Part shown: piece after piece, positions 8,632 to 16,544 of the stretch | How positions within the stretch are numbered: position 1 is the stretch's first letter | Layout of the letters: every line of letters begins with the position of its first letter | Assembly: GCA_017509785.1 (NCBI GenBank) | Contig: JAFWOT010000009.1 | Location: 6,596-70,595 of the forward strand | Source: Clostridia bacterium | GTDB lineage: Bacteria; Bacillota; Clostridia; Christensenellales; CAG-138 | DNA length: 64,000 nt | Direction of reading: 5' to 3' | Translations under genes and position numbers: made by a program | The notes under the pieces: generated by a model | What the model was told of the DNA's origin: nothing | Seen by the model: the letters and a program-made list of their open reading frames with translations, nothing else | Database searches by the model: none

Positions 8632-9708
8632 TCATTGAACCTGTTTTGCGCAGGCCCGCATAAAACGCGGACTTTTGTTTTTATAAAGCGTTTCCGCCAT
8701 GCGGTCGGCGGCGGGTATCAGTGCGCGCTCATGCACGCACTGGACGGGCGGCACCTCGTGCATGTTCCCCGTCATCGAATAATTGAGGCACGCGCAGTGG
8801 TGGCGACAGCGTTTTTCGAGCGAACAGCCATCGCAGGAGGTCTCCTGCGCGAGCGAGGCGTTGTAGATCCGCGCCTGCGCCCGAGCGTCGATCCCGCTCC
8901 ACACGTCGCCCATCAGGTATTCCTTTACGGCGACGAACTGATTGCAGGGGTAGATCCGCCCGTCCGGGGCGATCGACGGCTGCTTTATCCCGAGCCTGCA
9001 CTCGATGCAGCGCCTGCCCTCCAGATGGGCGGATATCTTCGATTCGAAATTGAGCAGACTCAGAGGGCGCGGCGAATCATAGAGCTCCGCGCAGAGATCG
9101 GCAAGCGCCGCGTACTGCTCCCGCAGGACGGCGATAGAGCCATCGTCCCAGGCGTTGTCCGGACGATAGTCTATGGCGACGTTTATTTTTGAAAACCCCC
9201 GCTCGTAGAGCCATTTGACGGAATCAAAAAGCCTTGCGGCATTCTCCGGCAGAAGGGTCAGCATTGCGACCGCCCCTGGCTGATAGGAGAGCAGCAGATC
9301 GATCTTCGGCTCAAGCAGCCGCGCCGTGCCGCTCCCGTCCGGGAATACGCGCTGTTCGTCCTGCAGGAGCCCGTCGTGCGAGAGCGCGATGCTGACGTCG
9401 TTCTCGGCGGCAAGGCGCAGGAAGCTCTCGTCGAGCAGGAGCCCGTTCGTCGTGATCTTATATGAGAACTTCCCGCCGATCTCCCGGGTCCTGCGGGCGC
9501 AATCGGCGAAGACCCGCTCGATCACGCCGCGGCAAAGCAAAGGCTCCCCGCCGAAAAGCGAGAAGCCGTTCGTTTTATGCCCGTACGAAAAGAGCAGTGC
9601 GCAGGCGGCTTCCGCCGTGCGCGCTTCCATCCTTTCGGGGGAATGCGTTTCGTAGCAGTAGCGGCAGGCCATGTTGCAGTCCGCCGTCAGATGCAGGGTA
9701 AAATTCAC
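8632..9708 (-). CDS. Radical SAM/SPASM-domain maturase (358 aa, no N-terminal RRE)
   Basis: CNMACRYC, FGGEP, TTNG, SHDG; SPASM cysteines CIEC...IYPC...CDGC-x5-C-x3-CAC...C; GTG start with GGAGG 7 nt upstream. Confidence 0.9.
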   Translation of the reverse strand: MNFTLHLTADCNMACRYCYETHSPERMEARTAEAACALLFSYGHKTNGFSLFGGEPLLCRGVIERVFADCARRTREIGGKFSYKITTNGLLLDESFLRLAAENDVSIALSHDGLLQDEQRVFPDGSGTARLLEPKIDLLLSYQPGAVAMLTLLPENAARLFDSVKWLYERGFSKINVAIDYRPDNAWDDGSIAVLREQYAALADLCAELYDSPRPLSLLNFESKISAHLEGRRCIECRLGIKQPSIAPDGRIYPCNQFVAVKEYLMGDVWSGIDARAQARIYNASLAQETSCDGCSLEKRCRHHCACLNYSMTGNMHEVPPVQCVHERALIPAADRMAETLYKNKSPRFMRACAKQVQ

Positions 9709-10097
9709 GGCGTGACCTCCGCGTCGGGGAAGGCGACCTCGCCCATCCACTGAGGCTCGTCGGAGTCGTCCGGCACGGCCGTCCCGACGCAGGGGGAGGT
9801 CGCGTTCGGGTCGAGTGTGATCCCGCCCTTATAGTCCGGCGGAGCGGCCTGAGTCTCGTTCGGGTCGACGACAGGCTCGCCCATGTATTCGGGAAACTCG
9901 TCCGTCGGTGCGGGGGATACGACCGCGCCGCTCTCATCGATGGAGCCGGGATCGATCTGCATATCGCCGTCTATCCGGGGCTTGCAGCCGATGAGGCTTC
10001 CCGCGGCAAGCGCGGCGGCAGCCGCGAAAGCGCCTATCTTCGCGGCGGTCTTATCAGGGTAGGAGGGCTTGTAGCCGGTGAGTTTTTCGACTTTCAT
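9705..10097 (-). CDS. Small acidic lipoprotein with six Gly-centred repeats; candidate substrate of the radical SAM enzyme
   Basis: Leader MKVEKLTGYKPSYP, Ala-rich h-region, SLIG-C38 lipobox-like site, repeated xxG-x-hydrophobic-..-(D)P; stop overlaps the rSAM start (GTGA). Alternative start at 10163. Confidence 0.75.
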   Translation of the reverse strand: MKVEKLTGYKPSYPDKTAAKIGAFAAAAALAAGSLIGCKPRIDGDMQIDPGSIDESGAVVSPAPTDEFPEYMGEPVVDPNETQAAPPDYKGGITLDPNATSPCVGTAVPDDSDEPQWMGEVAFPDAEVTP

Positions 10098-10169
10098 ATG
10101 GGTATTCCCGTGCCTTTTTATCGCAAAGGCTTCCTTTCTTGCAGGATCGTTATGAGCCTTCATATATAT

Positions 10170-10195
10170 AACGCATGAAGGCCCCCGCAGGTTCC
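10170..10195 (-). promoter_or_regulatory. Putative ECF-sigma promoter of the lipoprotein-rSAM unit
   Basis: GGAAC-N17-CGTT on the minus strand. Confidence 0.45.
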
Positions 10196-10208
10196 CTGAA
10201 AAACGGTT

Positions 10209-11243
10209 TTAATCCTCGTCCTCCTCGCGCCTGTCGTCCGCAAGCTCGACCACGCAGTCGGAAGTCCCCATTATAGCGCGGAGCTTCGCTTCGAGCTCGG
10301 CGGCGACCTCGGGGTTGTCCTTCAGGAACTGCTTCGCGTTCTCGCGGCCCTGGCCAATGCGCATATCCCCATAGGAGAACCACGCGCCCGTCTTCGAGAC
10401 GATCTTGTTGTTTACGCCCATATCGAGGAGCGAGCCCTCGCGTGAGAAGCCTTCCCCGTACATGAGGTCGGCCTCCGCAACACGGAAGGGCGGGGCGACC
10501 TTGTTCTTTACTACCTTGATGCGCACGCGGTTGCCGACGGCCTCGCCGCCCTGCTTCAGCACGTCCACCTTCCTCACGTCGAGCCTTATCGTGGCGAAGA
10601 ATTTCAGCGCACGGCCGCCGGTCGTCGTTTCGGGGTTGCCGAACATGACGCCGACCTTCTCGCGCAGCTGGTTGATGAATATGACGCAGCAGTTGGATTT
10701 GCCGACTATACCGGCGAGCTTCCTCAGCGCCTGGCTCATGAGCCTCGCCTGCAGGCCGACGTGCGAATCGCCCATGTCGCCCTCAAGCTCCGCCTTCGGA
10801 ACGAGGGCCGCTACGGAGTCGATGACTATGATGTCGACCGCGCCGCTCCTCACGAGCGTGTCCGCGATGTCGAGCGCCTGCTCGCCGTTGTCGGGCTGGG
10901 AGACGAACAGCGAATTGAGCTGCACGCCGAGCTTCGCTGCGTAAACGGGATCCAGCGCGTGCTCCGCATCGATGAATACCGCCATCCCGCCGAGCTTCTG
11001 CGCCTCCGCTATCATGTGGAGAGCGAGCGTAGTCTTACCGGAGGACTCCGGTCCGTAGATCTCGATTATCCTTCCGCGGGGGATGCCGCCGACGCCGAGG
11101 GCGTTGTCAAGCTCGATACAGCCCGTCGGTATGACGGAGACCTGTATCTTCTGCGCGGCATCGCCCATCAACATGATGGCGCCCTTGCCGAATTCCTTTT
11201 CGATCTGTGTGAGGGCAAGATCCAGTGCTTTTTCCTTATCCAT
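10209..11243 (-). CDS. recA: Recombinase RecA
   Basis: [38 protein letters not shown]. Confidence 0.98.
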   Translation of the reverse strand: MDKEKALDLALTQIEKEFGKGAIMLMGDAAQKIQVSVIPTGCIELDNALGVGGIPRGRIIEIYGPESSGKTTLALHMIAEAQKLGGMAVFIDAEHALDPVYAAKLGVQLNSLFVSQPDNGEQALDIADTLVRSGAVDIIVIDSVAALVPKAELEGDMGDSHVGLQARLMSQALRKLAGIVGKSNCCVIFINQLREKVGVMFGNPETTTGGRALKFFATIRLDVRKVDVLKQGGEAVGNRVRIKVVKNKVAPPFRVAEADLMYGEGFSREGSLLDMGVNNKIVSKTGAWFSYGDMRIGQGRENAKQFLKDNPEVAAELEAKLRAIMGTSDCVVELADDRREEDED

Positions 11244-11292
11244 ATAAACTCCTCCATGGAATATTTTTCTTGTATGTATCGAGCCCCGGGAG

Positions 11293-11799
11293 TCATACGA
11301 GCTCCGAGAGCTTATAAAGCAGAGTCAGCGCGCTCAACGCGGCTTGGAGCCGTATCCCGCGCCTTGAGCCGGCAAGCGCCAGCTCCTTCGTGACGGAGCC
11401 GGATCTCGTCGCCCCGCCGATGAATACCAGCCCTTCGGGGTGCCCGTCCGCGTCCGGCCCCGGGCCGGCGACTCCCGTTGTCGCGACGGCTATATCCGCC
11501 CCGGAGCAGCGCAGCAGCCCTTCGGCCATGGCCCGCGCCGTTTCTGAGCTGACGGCCGTACTGCGGCGGAGTATATCCTCCGGGACGCCGAGTCTGCGCA
11601 TCTTCGCCTCGTCCGTATACGTGACGCAGCCCTCCGTGAACCATTGAGAGGCGCCGGGTACGTCAACGATAAAGGAAGAGACCATTCCCCCGGTCAGGCT
11701 CTCGGCGGCGGCGGCATGCGCCCCGCGCTCCGTCAGATTCCTGCCGGCGGCGGCGCTGAGCGCACGGCAGGCAGCGGACAGATCGTTCTCATTCATCAT
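11293..11799 (-). CDS. cinA: CinA C-terminal domain / NMN amidohydrolase (PncC) family protein
   Basis: AESLTGG, VPGAS, AMAEG, TTGVAGP; between pgsA and recA. Confidence 0.85.
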   Translation of the reverse strand: MMNENDLSAACRALSAAAGRNLTERGAHAAAAESLTGGMVSSFIVDVPGASQWFTEGCVTYTDEAKMRRLGVPEDILRRSTAVSSETARAMAEGLLRCSGADIAVATTGVAGPGPDADGHPEGLVFIGGATRSGSVTKELALAGSRRGIRLQAALSALTLLYKLSELV

Positions 11800-11802
11800 T
11801 CG

Positions 11803-12396
11803 TCAAACAGCCTCGCTGAATATCTCACGGTTGCGGATCATGTAATCGAGCCCCGACCATATAGTCATCACGACGGAGGCCGCAAGCACAATAAAATCGA
11901 GCGGCACGCCTATCGCGCGGAAGAAGGGCCCCGCGATGAGCACCATCGGCAGGCCGATCGACTGCAGTGTCGTCTTTATCTTGCCGAGAGTTCCCGCCGC
12001 CATAACGCGCCCCTTCGAGGCGGCGACGAGGCGCATCCCGCTTATCATGAATTCACGCGCTATGACGATTATTGTGAAGAGCGGCATGAGGAAATTGCAT
12101 ATGCTCATGAGGTCCCGCCCTATGAGCATGACCATGCAGGCCGCCGTCAGGAGCTTATCCGCGATCGGATCCATGAGCTTGCCGAAATCGGTGACGAGCC
12201 CGCGCGCCCTTGCGATGCGCCCGTCGAGCGTGTCGGTGATGTAGGCGAGTATGAATATCACGCCGGCGATCAGGAACTTGGTCTTGATTTCCGCCCCGCA
12301 GATGGTGAAAGCCGTCCAATCGGGCAGATAGAAGCAGGCGATGAAGAAGGGTATCGCCGCGATTCGCGCGAGAGTGAGCTTGTTGGGAAGATTCAT
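11803..12396 (-). CDS. pgsA: CDP-diacylglycerol--glycerol-3-phosphate 3-phosphatidyltransferase
   Basis: MNLPNKLT, TDTLDGRIAR, FGKLMDPIADKLL, GKIKT. Confidence 0.95.
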   Translation of the reverse strand: MNLPNKLTLARIAAIPFFIACFYLPDWTAFTICGAEIKTKFLIAGVIFILAYITDTLDGRIARARGLVTDFGKLMDPIADKLLTAACMVMLIGRDLMSICNFLMPLFTIIVIAREFMISGMRLVAASKGRVMAAGTLGKIKTTLQSIGLPMVLIAGPFFRAIGVPLDFIVLAASVVMTIWSGLDYMIRNREIFSEAV

Positions 12397-12423
12397 TTTA
12401 ATTGTCCTTTCAAAAGCGTCCTT

Positions 12424-13734
12424 TTATTCAAGGATGAGTTCCGCGTCGAGGTCGTAGGCGTGCGCCGCGGTGACGCGGACGCGGACGTAATCCCCACAGG
12501 AAACGGCCGAGCCCTCGGGCAGAGCCACCCGGATGAAGCCGTCAACCTCGGCGGCTTCCGCATACGAGCGGCAGAGCGCCGTTCCGTTCTTGATCTCGTC
12601 GACGAGCGCTTCGTATTCGCGGCCGACGCGCCCCCGGTTCGAAGCCAAGGATATCTTCATCTGTTGGCGCATGAGCCTGTCGAGCCTTTTCTGCTTGAGC
12701 TTTTCCGGTATCTGCCCATCCATGAGAGCCGCCGGCGTCCCGTCCTCGGGCGAGTAGGTGAACGCGCCCAGACGGTCATAGGGACTCTCGCGGAAGAACT
12801 CCATCAGCTCCTCGAACTCCTCGTCCGTCTCCCCGGGGAAGCCGACTATCGCGGTCGTCCTCAATATGAAATCCGGGTTCGTTTTTCGTACGTAGTCCGT
12901 TATATCGCGGATATGCTGCGCGGATCCGTGACGGTTCATCGCCCCAAGCAGGCGCGTGTTTATGTGCTGTATCGGCATATCGATATAGTTGCAGAGCTTC
13001 GGGTCAGCGTTTATCGTGTCGATCAGCTTTTCGTCAACGGTGTTGGGGTAGGTATATAAAAGCCTTATCCAGTGGAGCTTTTCTATCTTCGCAAGCTCCG
13101 TCAGAAGCTCCGCCGTCTTCGGTTCGCCATATATGTCGATCCCGTATGCGGAGGTGTCCTGCGCGATCACGGTGAGCTCCGTCACGCCGCCTTCCGCCAA
13201 ACTCCGCGCCTCGTCGACGAGCTGCTCCATGGGGTAACTCACCCGTCCCCCTCTAATGAGGGGAATAGCGCAGTAGGTGCAGCGGTTGTCGCACCCGTCG
13301 GCGATACGAAGATAAGCGCGGTAGGAGGGGGTGGTGACCACCCTTTTCGCACAGCAGGCCGGGGAGGAGATCTCGCCCGTCAGCCTCTGTTCGATCGCCT
13401 CGGCTAAGCCGCGGTGATCCTTCACGCCCCAGATAAGATCCGCCTCGGGAAGCTCCTCCTGGAGCTCGTCGTAGTAGCGTTCCGAGAGGCATCCGCAGAC
13501 CACGAACAGCCTGCACGCGCCCTCGGCCTTGTATCTGACCATCTCGAAAACGGTATCGAGCGAATCGACCTTCGCGCTCTCTATAAAGCCGCAGGTGTTG
13601 ATAATGATGACCTCCGCCTCGGCGGGGTCCGAAACGGGCTTTCCACCGCGCAGCGCGAGCTCGCCCAATATCTCCTCGGAATCCACCCGGTTCTTAGAGC
13701 ACCCGAGCGATACCATTCCGACCTTGAATTCCAT
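12424..13734 (-). CDS. rimO: Ribosomal protein S12 methylthiotransferase
   Basis: SLGCSKNRVDSE, NTCGFI, DGCDNRCTYCAIP, C-terminal TRAM with AAEVDG. Confidence 0.93.
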   Translation of the reverse strand: MEFKVGMVSLGCSKNRVDSEEILGELALRGGKPVSDPAEAEVIIINTCGFIESAKVDSLDTVFEMVRYKAEGACRLFVVCGCLSERYYDELQEELPEADLIWGVKDHRGLAEAIEQRLTGEISSPACCAKRVVTTPSYRAYLRIADGCDNRCTYCAIPLIRGGRVSYPMEQLVDEARSLAEGGVTELTVIAQDTSAYGIDIYGEPKTAELLTELAKIEKLHWIRLLYTYPNTVDEKLIDTINADPKLCNYIDMPIQHINTRLLGAMNRHGSAQHIRDITDYVRKTNPDFILRTTAIVGFPGETDEEFEELMEFFRESPYDRLGAFTYSPEDGTPAALMDGQIPEKLKQKRLDRLMRQQMKISLASNRGRVGREYEALVDEIKNGTALCRSYAEAAEVDGFIRVALPEGSAVSCGDYVRVRVTAAHAYDLDAELILE

Positions 13735-16544
13735 CAATCCGCATCCTCCTCAAAACTCTCGGCCGGCGCGTAACCGCCGCCGAAGAACTCGCGGTAGCCC
13801 GCCTCGTCGATGAGCACCTTCCTCGGCTTCGATCCGTCAAAGCCGGAGACGAACTTGTGCTGTTCCATTATGTCGACGAGCCTCGCCGCCCTTGCGTAGC
13901 CCACGCGCAGGCGCCGCTGTATCATTGATATGGAAGCGGAGCCCGAATCCATGACTATCCTCACCGCGTCGGGAAGGAGATCGTCCTCCTGCTTGCCGTT
14001 GCCCTGCGCGGGCGCTCCGGTGAGATCGGGTATCGCGTCGAGCACGCTCTCGTTCTGCGGGATCTCTATGCGGTTCTCCTCGAAGAAGTGCATTATGTTC
14101 TCGACCTCCTCGTCGCTGACGTACGCGCCCTGAGCCCTCGTGGGCTTCGCCGCGCCGTTCGGATGGAAGAGCATATCGCCGTGCCCGAGAAGCTTTTCCG
14201 CGCCGCCGCCGTCCAGTATGACGCGGGAGTCGATCGCGGAGGAGACCGCGAAGGCGATCCTCGAGGGGATGTTCGCCTTTATGAGGCCCGTCAGTATGTC
14301 GACGGACGGGCGCTGCGTGGCGACGATAAGGTGTATGCCGCAGGCGCGGCCGAGCTGTGCGAGCCTCGCTATCGAGTCCTCAACGTCCTTCGCGGAGACC
14401 ATCATGAGGTCGGCGAGCTCATCGATGATTATCATCAGCCTCGGCATGCGGTCGGCGGGATCCTCCTGCAGGGAGTTGTATCTTTCAAGATCGCGCGCGT
14501 TGATCTTGCTCATCTTCGTGTAGCGCTGATCCATCTCGTTGCAGGCCCACTTCAATACGCCCGCCGCCTTCTTCGGGTCGGTGACAATGGGGCAGTAGAG
14601 ATGCGGCACGGGCGCGAAAATGGAAAGCTCGACGACCTTCGGGTCGATGAGTATCATTCGCACCTCGTCCGGGGTCGACTTATAGACCGTGCTCAGTATG
14701 ATGCTGTTTATGCAGACCGATTTACCGGAGCCCGTTGCGCCGGCGATGAGCATATGCGGCATCTTTTCAAGATTCGCGTAGACGGGCTTGCCCGCTATAT
14801 CCTTGCCGAGAGCGAAGGTCAGCGGCGAGGACGCGGTCGAGAATTCCCTCGTGTCGATGACCTCGCGCAGGCGCACCATCGCGGTATCCTTGTTGGGTAT
14901 CTCGATGCCGACGGCGGCCTTGCCGGGTATGGGCGCTTCGATCCTGACGCGCGGCGCGGCAAGCGCCAGAGCTATATCGTTCGAAAGCGAGGTGATCCTG
15001 TTGACCCTCGTGCCGGGGGCAGGCTGTATCTCGAACCTCGTTATGACGGGGCCTACGGAGATATGGCTCACCTTCGCGCTTATATTGAAGCTCGAAAGCG
15101 TCTCGATAAGGAGGCCCGCCTTCTCCTCCGGGGAATCGTTCGCTATGGATTCGGACCTGTCCGGCAGGCGAAGCAGCGATATGGGCGGCTTCCTGTAAAC
15201 AACGGGAGGCGCGGAGGTCTCGGGCGTTTCACCCTCCGCAGGAGCCGCTTCCCCGTCGGGAGCGGGCTTTGCGGGCTCCTCCGTGACGGCTTCCTCCTCC
15301 GAGGAGGCGAGCTCCGTCACGGGAGGGAAGCTCACGTCAAAGGGCGGGAGATCGACAAACGCGCTCTCGCTTTCCGCGCCGGTTTCGGGATGTATCTCTA
15401 TCGTTTCGAACGGGTCGTAATCCTCGACCTTGGGCTTCGTTTCGTTCTTCGGGGGTTCCGCCTTTTTTATGACGGGCACGTTCAGCGAGGAGGACTTGCG
15501 GTAGCTCCTCGGCAGCCTGCCGGAGGTCGGCAGGAAATCGAGCCCCGGCTCCGCGGGGTCGGCCGACTCCGCGGAGGAGAGCACGGAATCGAGATCCGCC
15601 TTCTCCGCCTTAAGCTTGCCGCGTTTGCGGAGAGCCTCGTAGGTCTCGCGCAGGTCGCCTTCGCCGTTCCCGATGCGGAGATCGTCCGGCTCATCTGCGG
15701 GCTGCGGCGCGGAGACCGTTTCCGCGGAATGCGCGCGGCGGCGTCTTCCGACGGGGATATCGTCGCCCACGCGCTCGTTTATGAGGCGGGCCTTGCGCCT
15801 GTCCTCCATCGCGTCGACCTTGGCGACTATCTTTCTGCCCGCGCTCCTTATGGAGGTGCGGGTCGCCAGCAGCAGCAGAACTATCGCCGCGGCGATGAAA
15901 ACGACTATCGCTCCCGGCCTTGAGAGGAGCTTCACAAGCCCGAACACGGGCACGGAGGCGAGCACGCCGCCGCCCTTTCCGCTCCGCCCGAGCTCATACG
16001 CGGCGGAAACGTAAGCGCCGAACTTCTCGTCGGCGAGCCCGACGGAGGCTATATGTATTACGCAGCTCACGCACCAGACGGCGCCGAGTATCATCAGCAC
16101 CGTCCCCGTGCCCGCCTGGCGGCGGGGAATGGCGATGAGCATTATTCCGATAACGACGAACAGCACCGGTACAGCGTACTGAACAACGCCCACCAGCCCG
16201 AAGCACACGCCTATGAGCCCCTTTGCTATCGCGGCGGCGTTGGTGTAGGTGAGTATGCCGAGCACTATGCCGAGCGCTATGAATATGACGCCGACGACCT
16301 CGTCCATGTGTTCGAAACGGGGCTTCGCCTCGATCTGCTCCGCCGCGGGAGCGGTCCTCGAAGCCTTCCTGCCGGGAGCCTTCGCCGCTGGCTTCGCGGC
16401 CTTTGCCGCACCCCTGCCGGAGCCGCTCTTTTCCTTAACGGAGCCTTCCGCCTTTGCGGAGGAGCGCGTTCTCTTTATATCGGGCAGCTTCAGCTCCCTT
16501 TCGGGGGCCGCAGCCGATCGTTTGCTCGTTTTCTTAGTTGCCAT
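13734..16544 (-). CDS. ftsK: DNA translocase FtsK/SpoIIIE
   Basis: N-terminal TM domain, PHMLIAGATGSGKS, IIIDELADLMM, ATQRPS, gamma domain QRRLRVGYARAAR; start chosen from SD. Confidence 0.95.
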   Translation of the reverse strand: MATKKTSKRSAAAPERELKLPDIKRTRSSAKAEGSVKEKSGSGRGAAKAAKPAAKAPGRKASRTAPAAEQIEAKPRFEHMDEVVGVIFIALGIVLGILTYTNAAAIAKGLIGVCFGLVGVVQYAVPVLFVVIGIMLIAIPRRQAGTGTVLMILGAVWCVSCVIHIASVGLADEKFGAYVSAAYELGRSGKGGGVLASVPVFGLVKLLSRPGAIVVFIAAAIVLLLLATRTSIRSAGRKIVAKVDAMEDRRKARLINERVGDDIPVGRRRRAHSAETVSAPQPADEPDDLRIGNGEGDLRETYEALRKRGKLKAEKADLDSVLSSAESADPAEPGLDFLPTSGRLPRSYRKSSSLNVPVIKKAEPPKNETKPKVEDYDPFETIEIHPETGAESESAFVDLPPFDVSFPPVTELASSEEEAVTEEPAKPAPDGEAAPAEGETPETSAPPVVYRKPPISLLRLPDRSESIANDSPEEKAGLLIETLSSFNISAKVSHISVGPVITRFEIQPAPGTRVNRITSLSNDIALALAAPRVRIEAPIPGKAAVGIEIPNKDTAMVRLREVIDTREFSTASSPLTFALGKDIAGKPVYANLEKMPHMLIAGATGSGKSVCINSIILSTVYKSTPDEVRMILIDPKVVELSIFAPVPHLYCPIVTDPKKAAGVLKWACNEMDQRYTKMSKINARDLERYNSLQEDPADRMPRLMIIIDELADLMMVSAKDVEDSIARLAQLGRACGIHLIVATQRPSVDILTGLIKANIPSRIAFAVSSAIDSRVILDGGGAEKLLGHGDMLFHPNGAAKPTRAQGAYVSDEEVENIMHFFEENRIEIPQNESVLDAIPDLTGAPAQGNGKQEDDLLPDAVRIVMDSGSASISMIQRRLRVGYARAARLVDIMEQHKFVSGFDGSKPRKVLIDEAGYREFFGGGYAPAESFEEDAD

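Noticed and set aside
8632-9708. Calling the rSAM an anaerobic sulfatase maturase or SCIFF/ranthipeptide maturase
   Set aside because: No sulfatase or Cys-rich peptide is adjacent and there is no RRE; the coupled partner is a Gly-repeat lipoprotein. It cannot be fully excluded without a family search
11255-11275. LexA box upstream of recA
   Set aside because: GAAAAATATTCC does not fit GAAC-N4-GTTC
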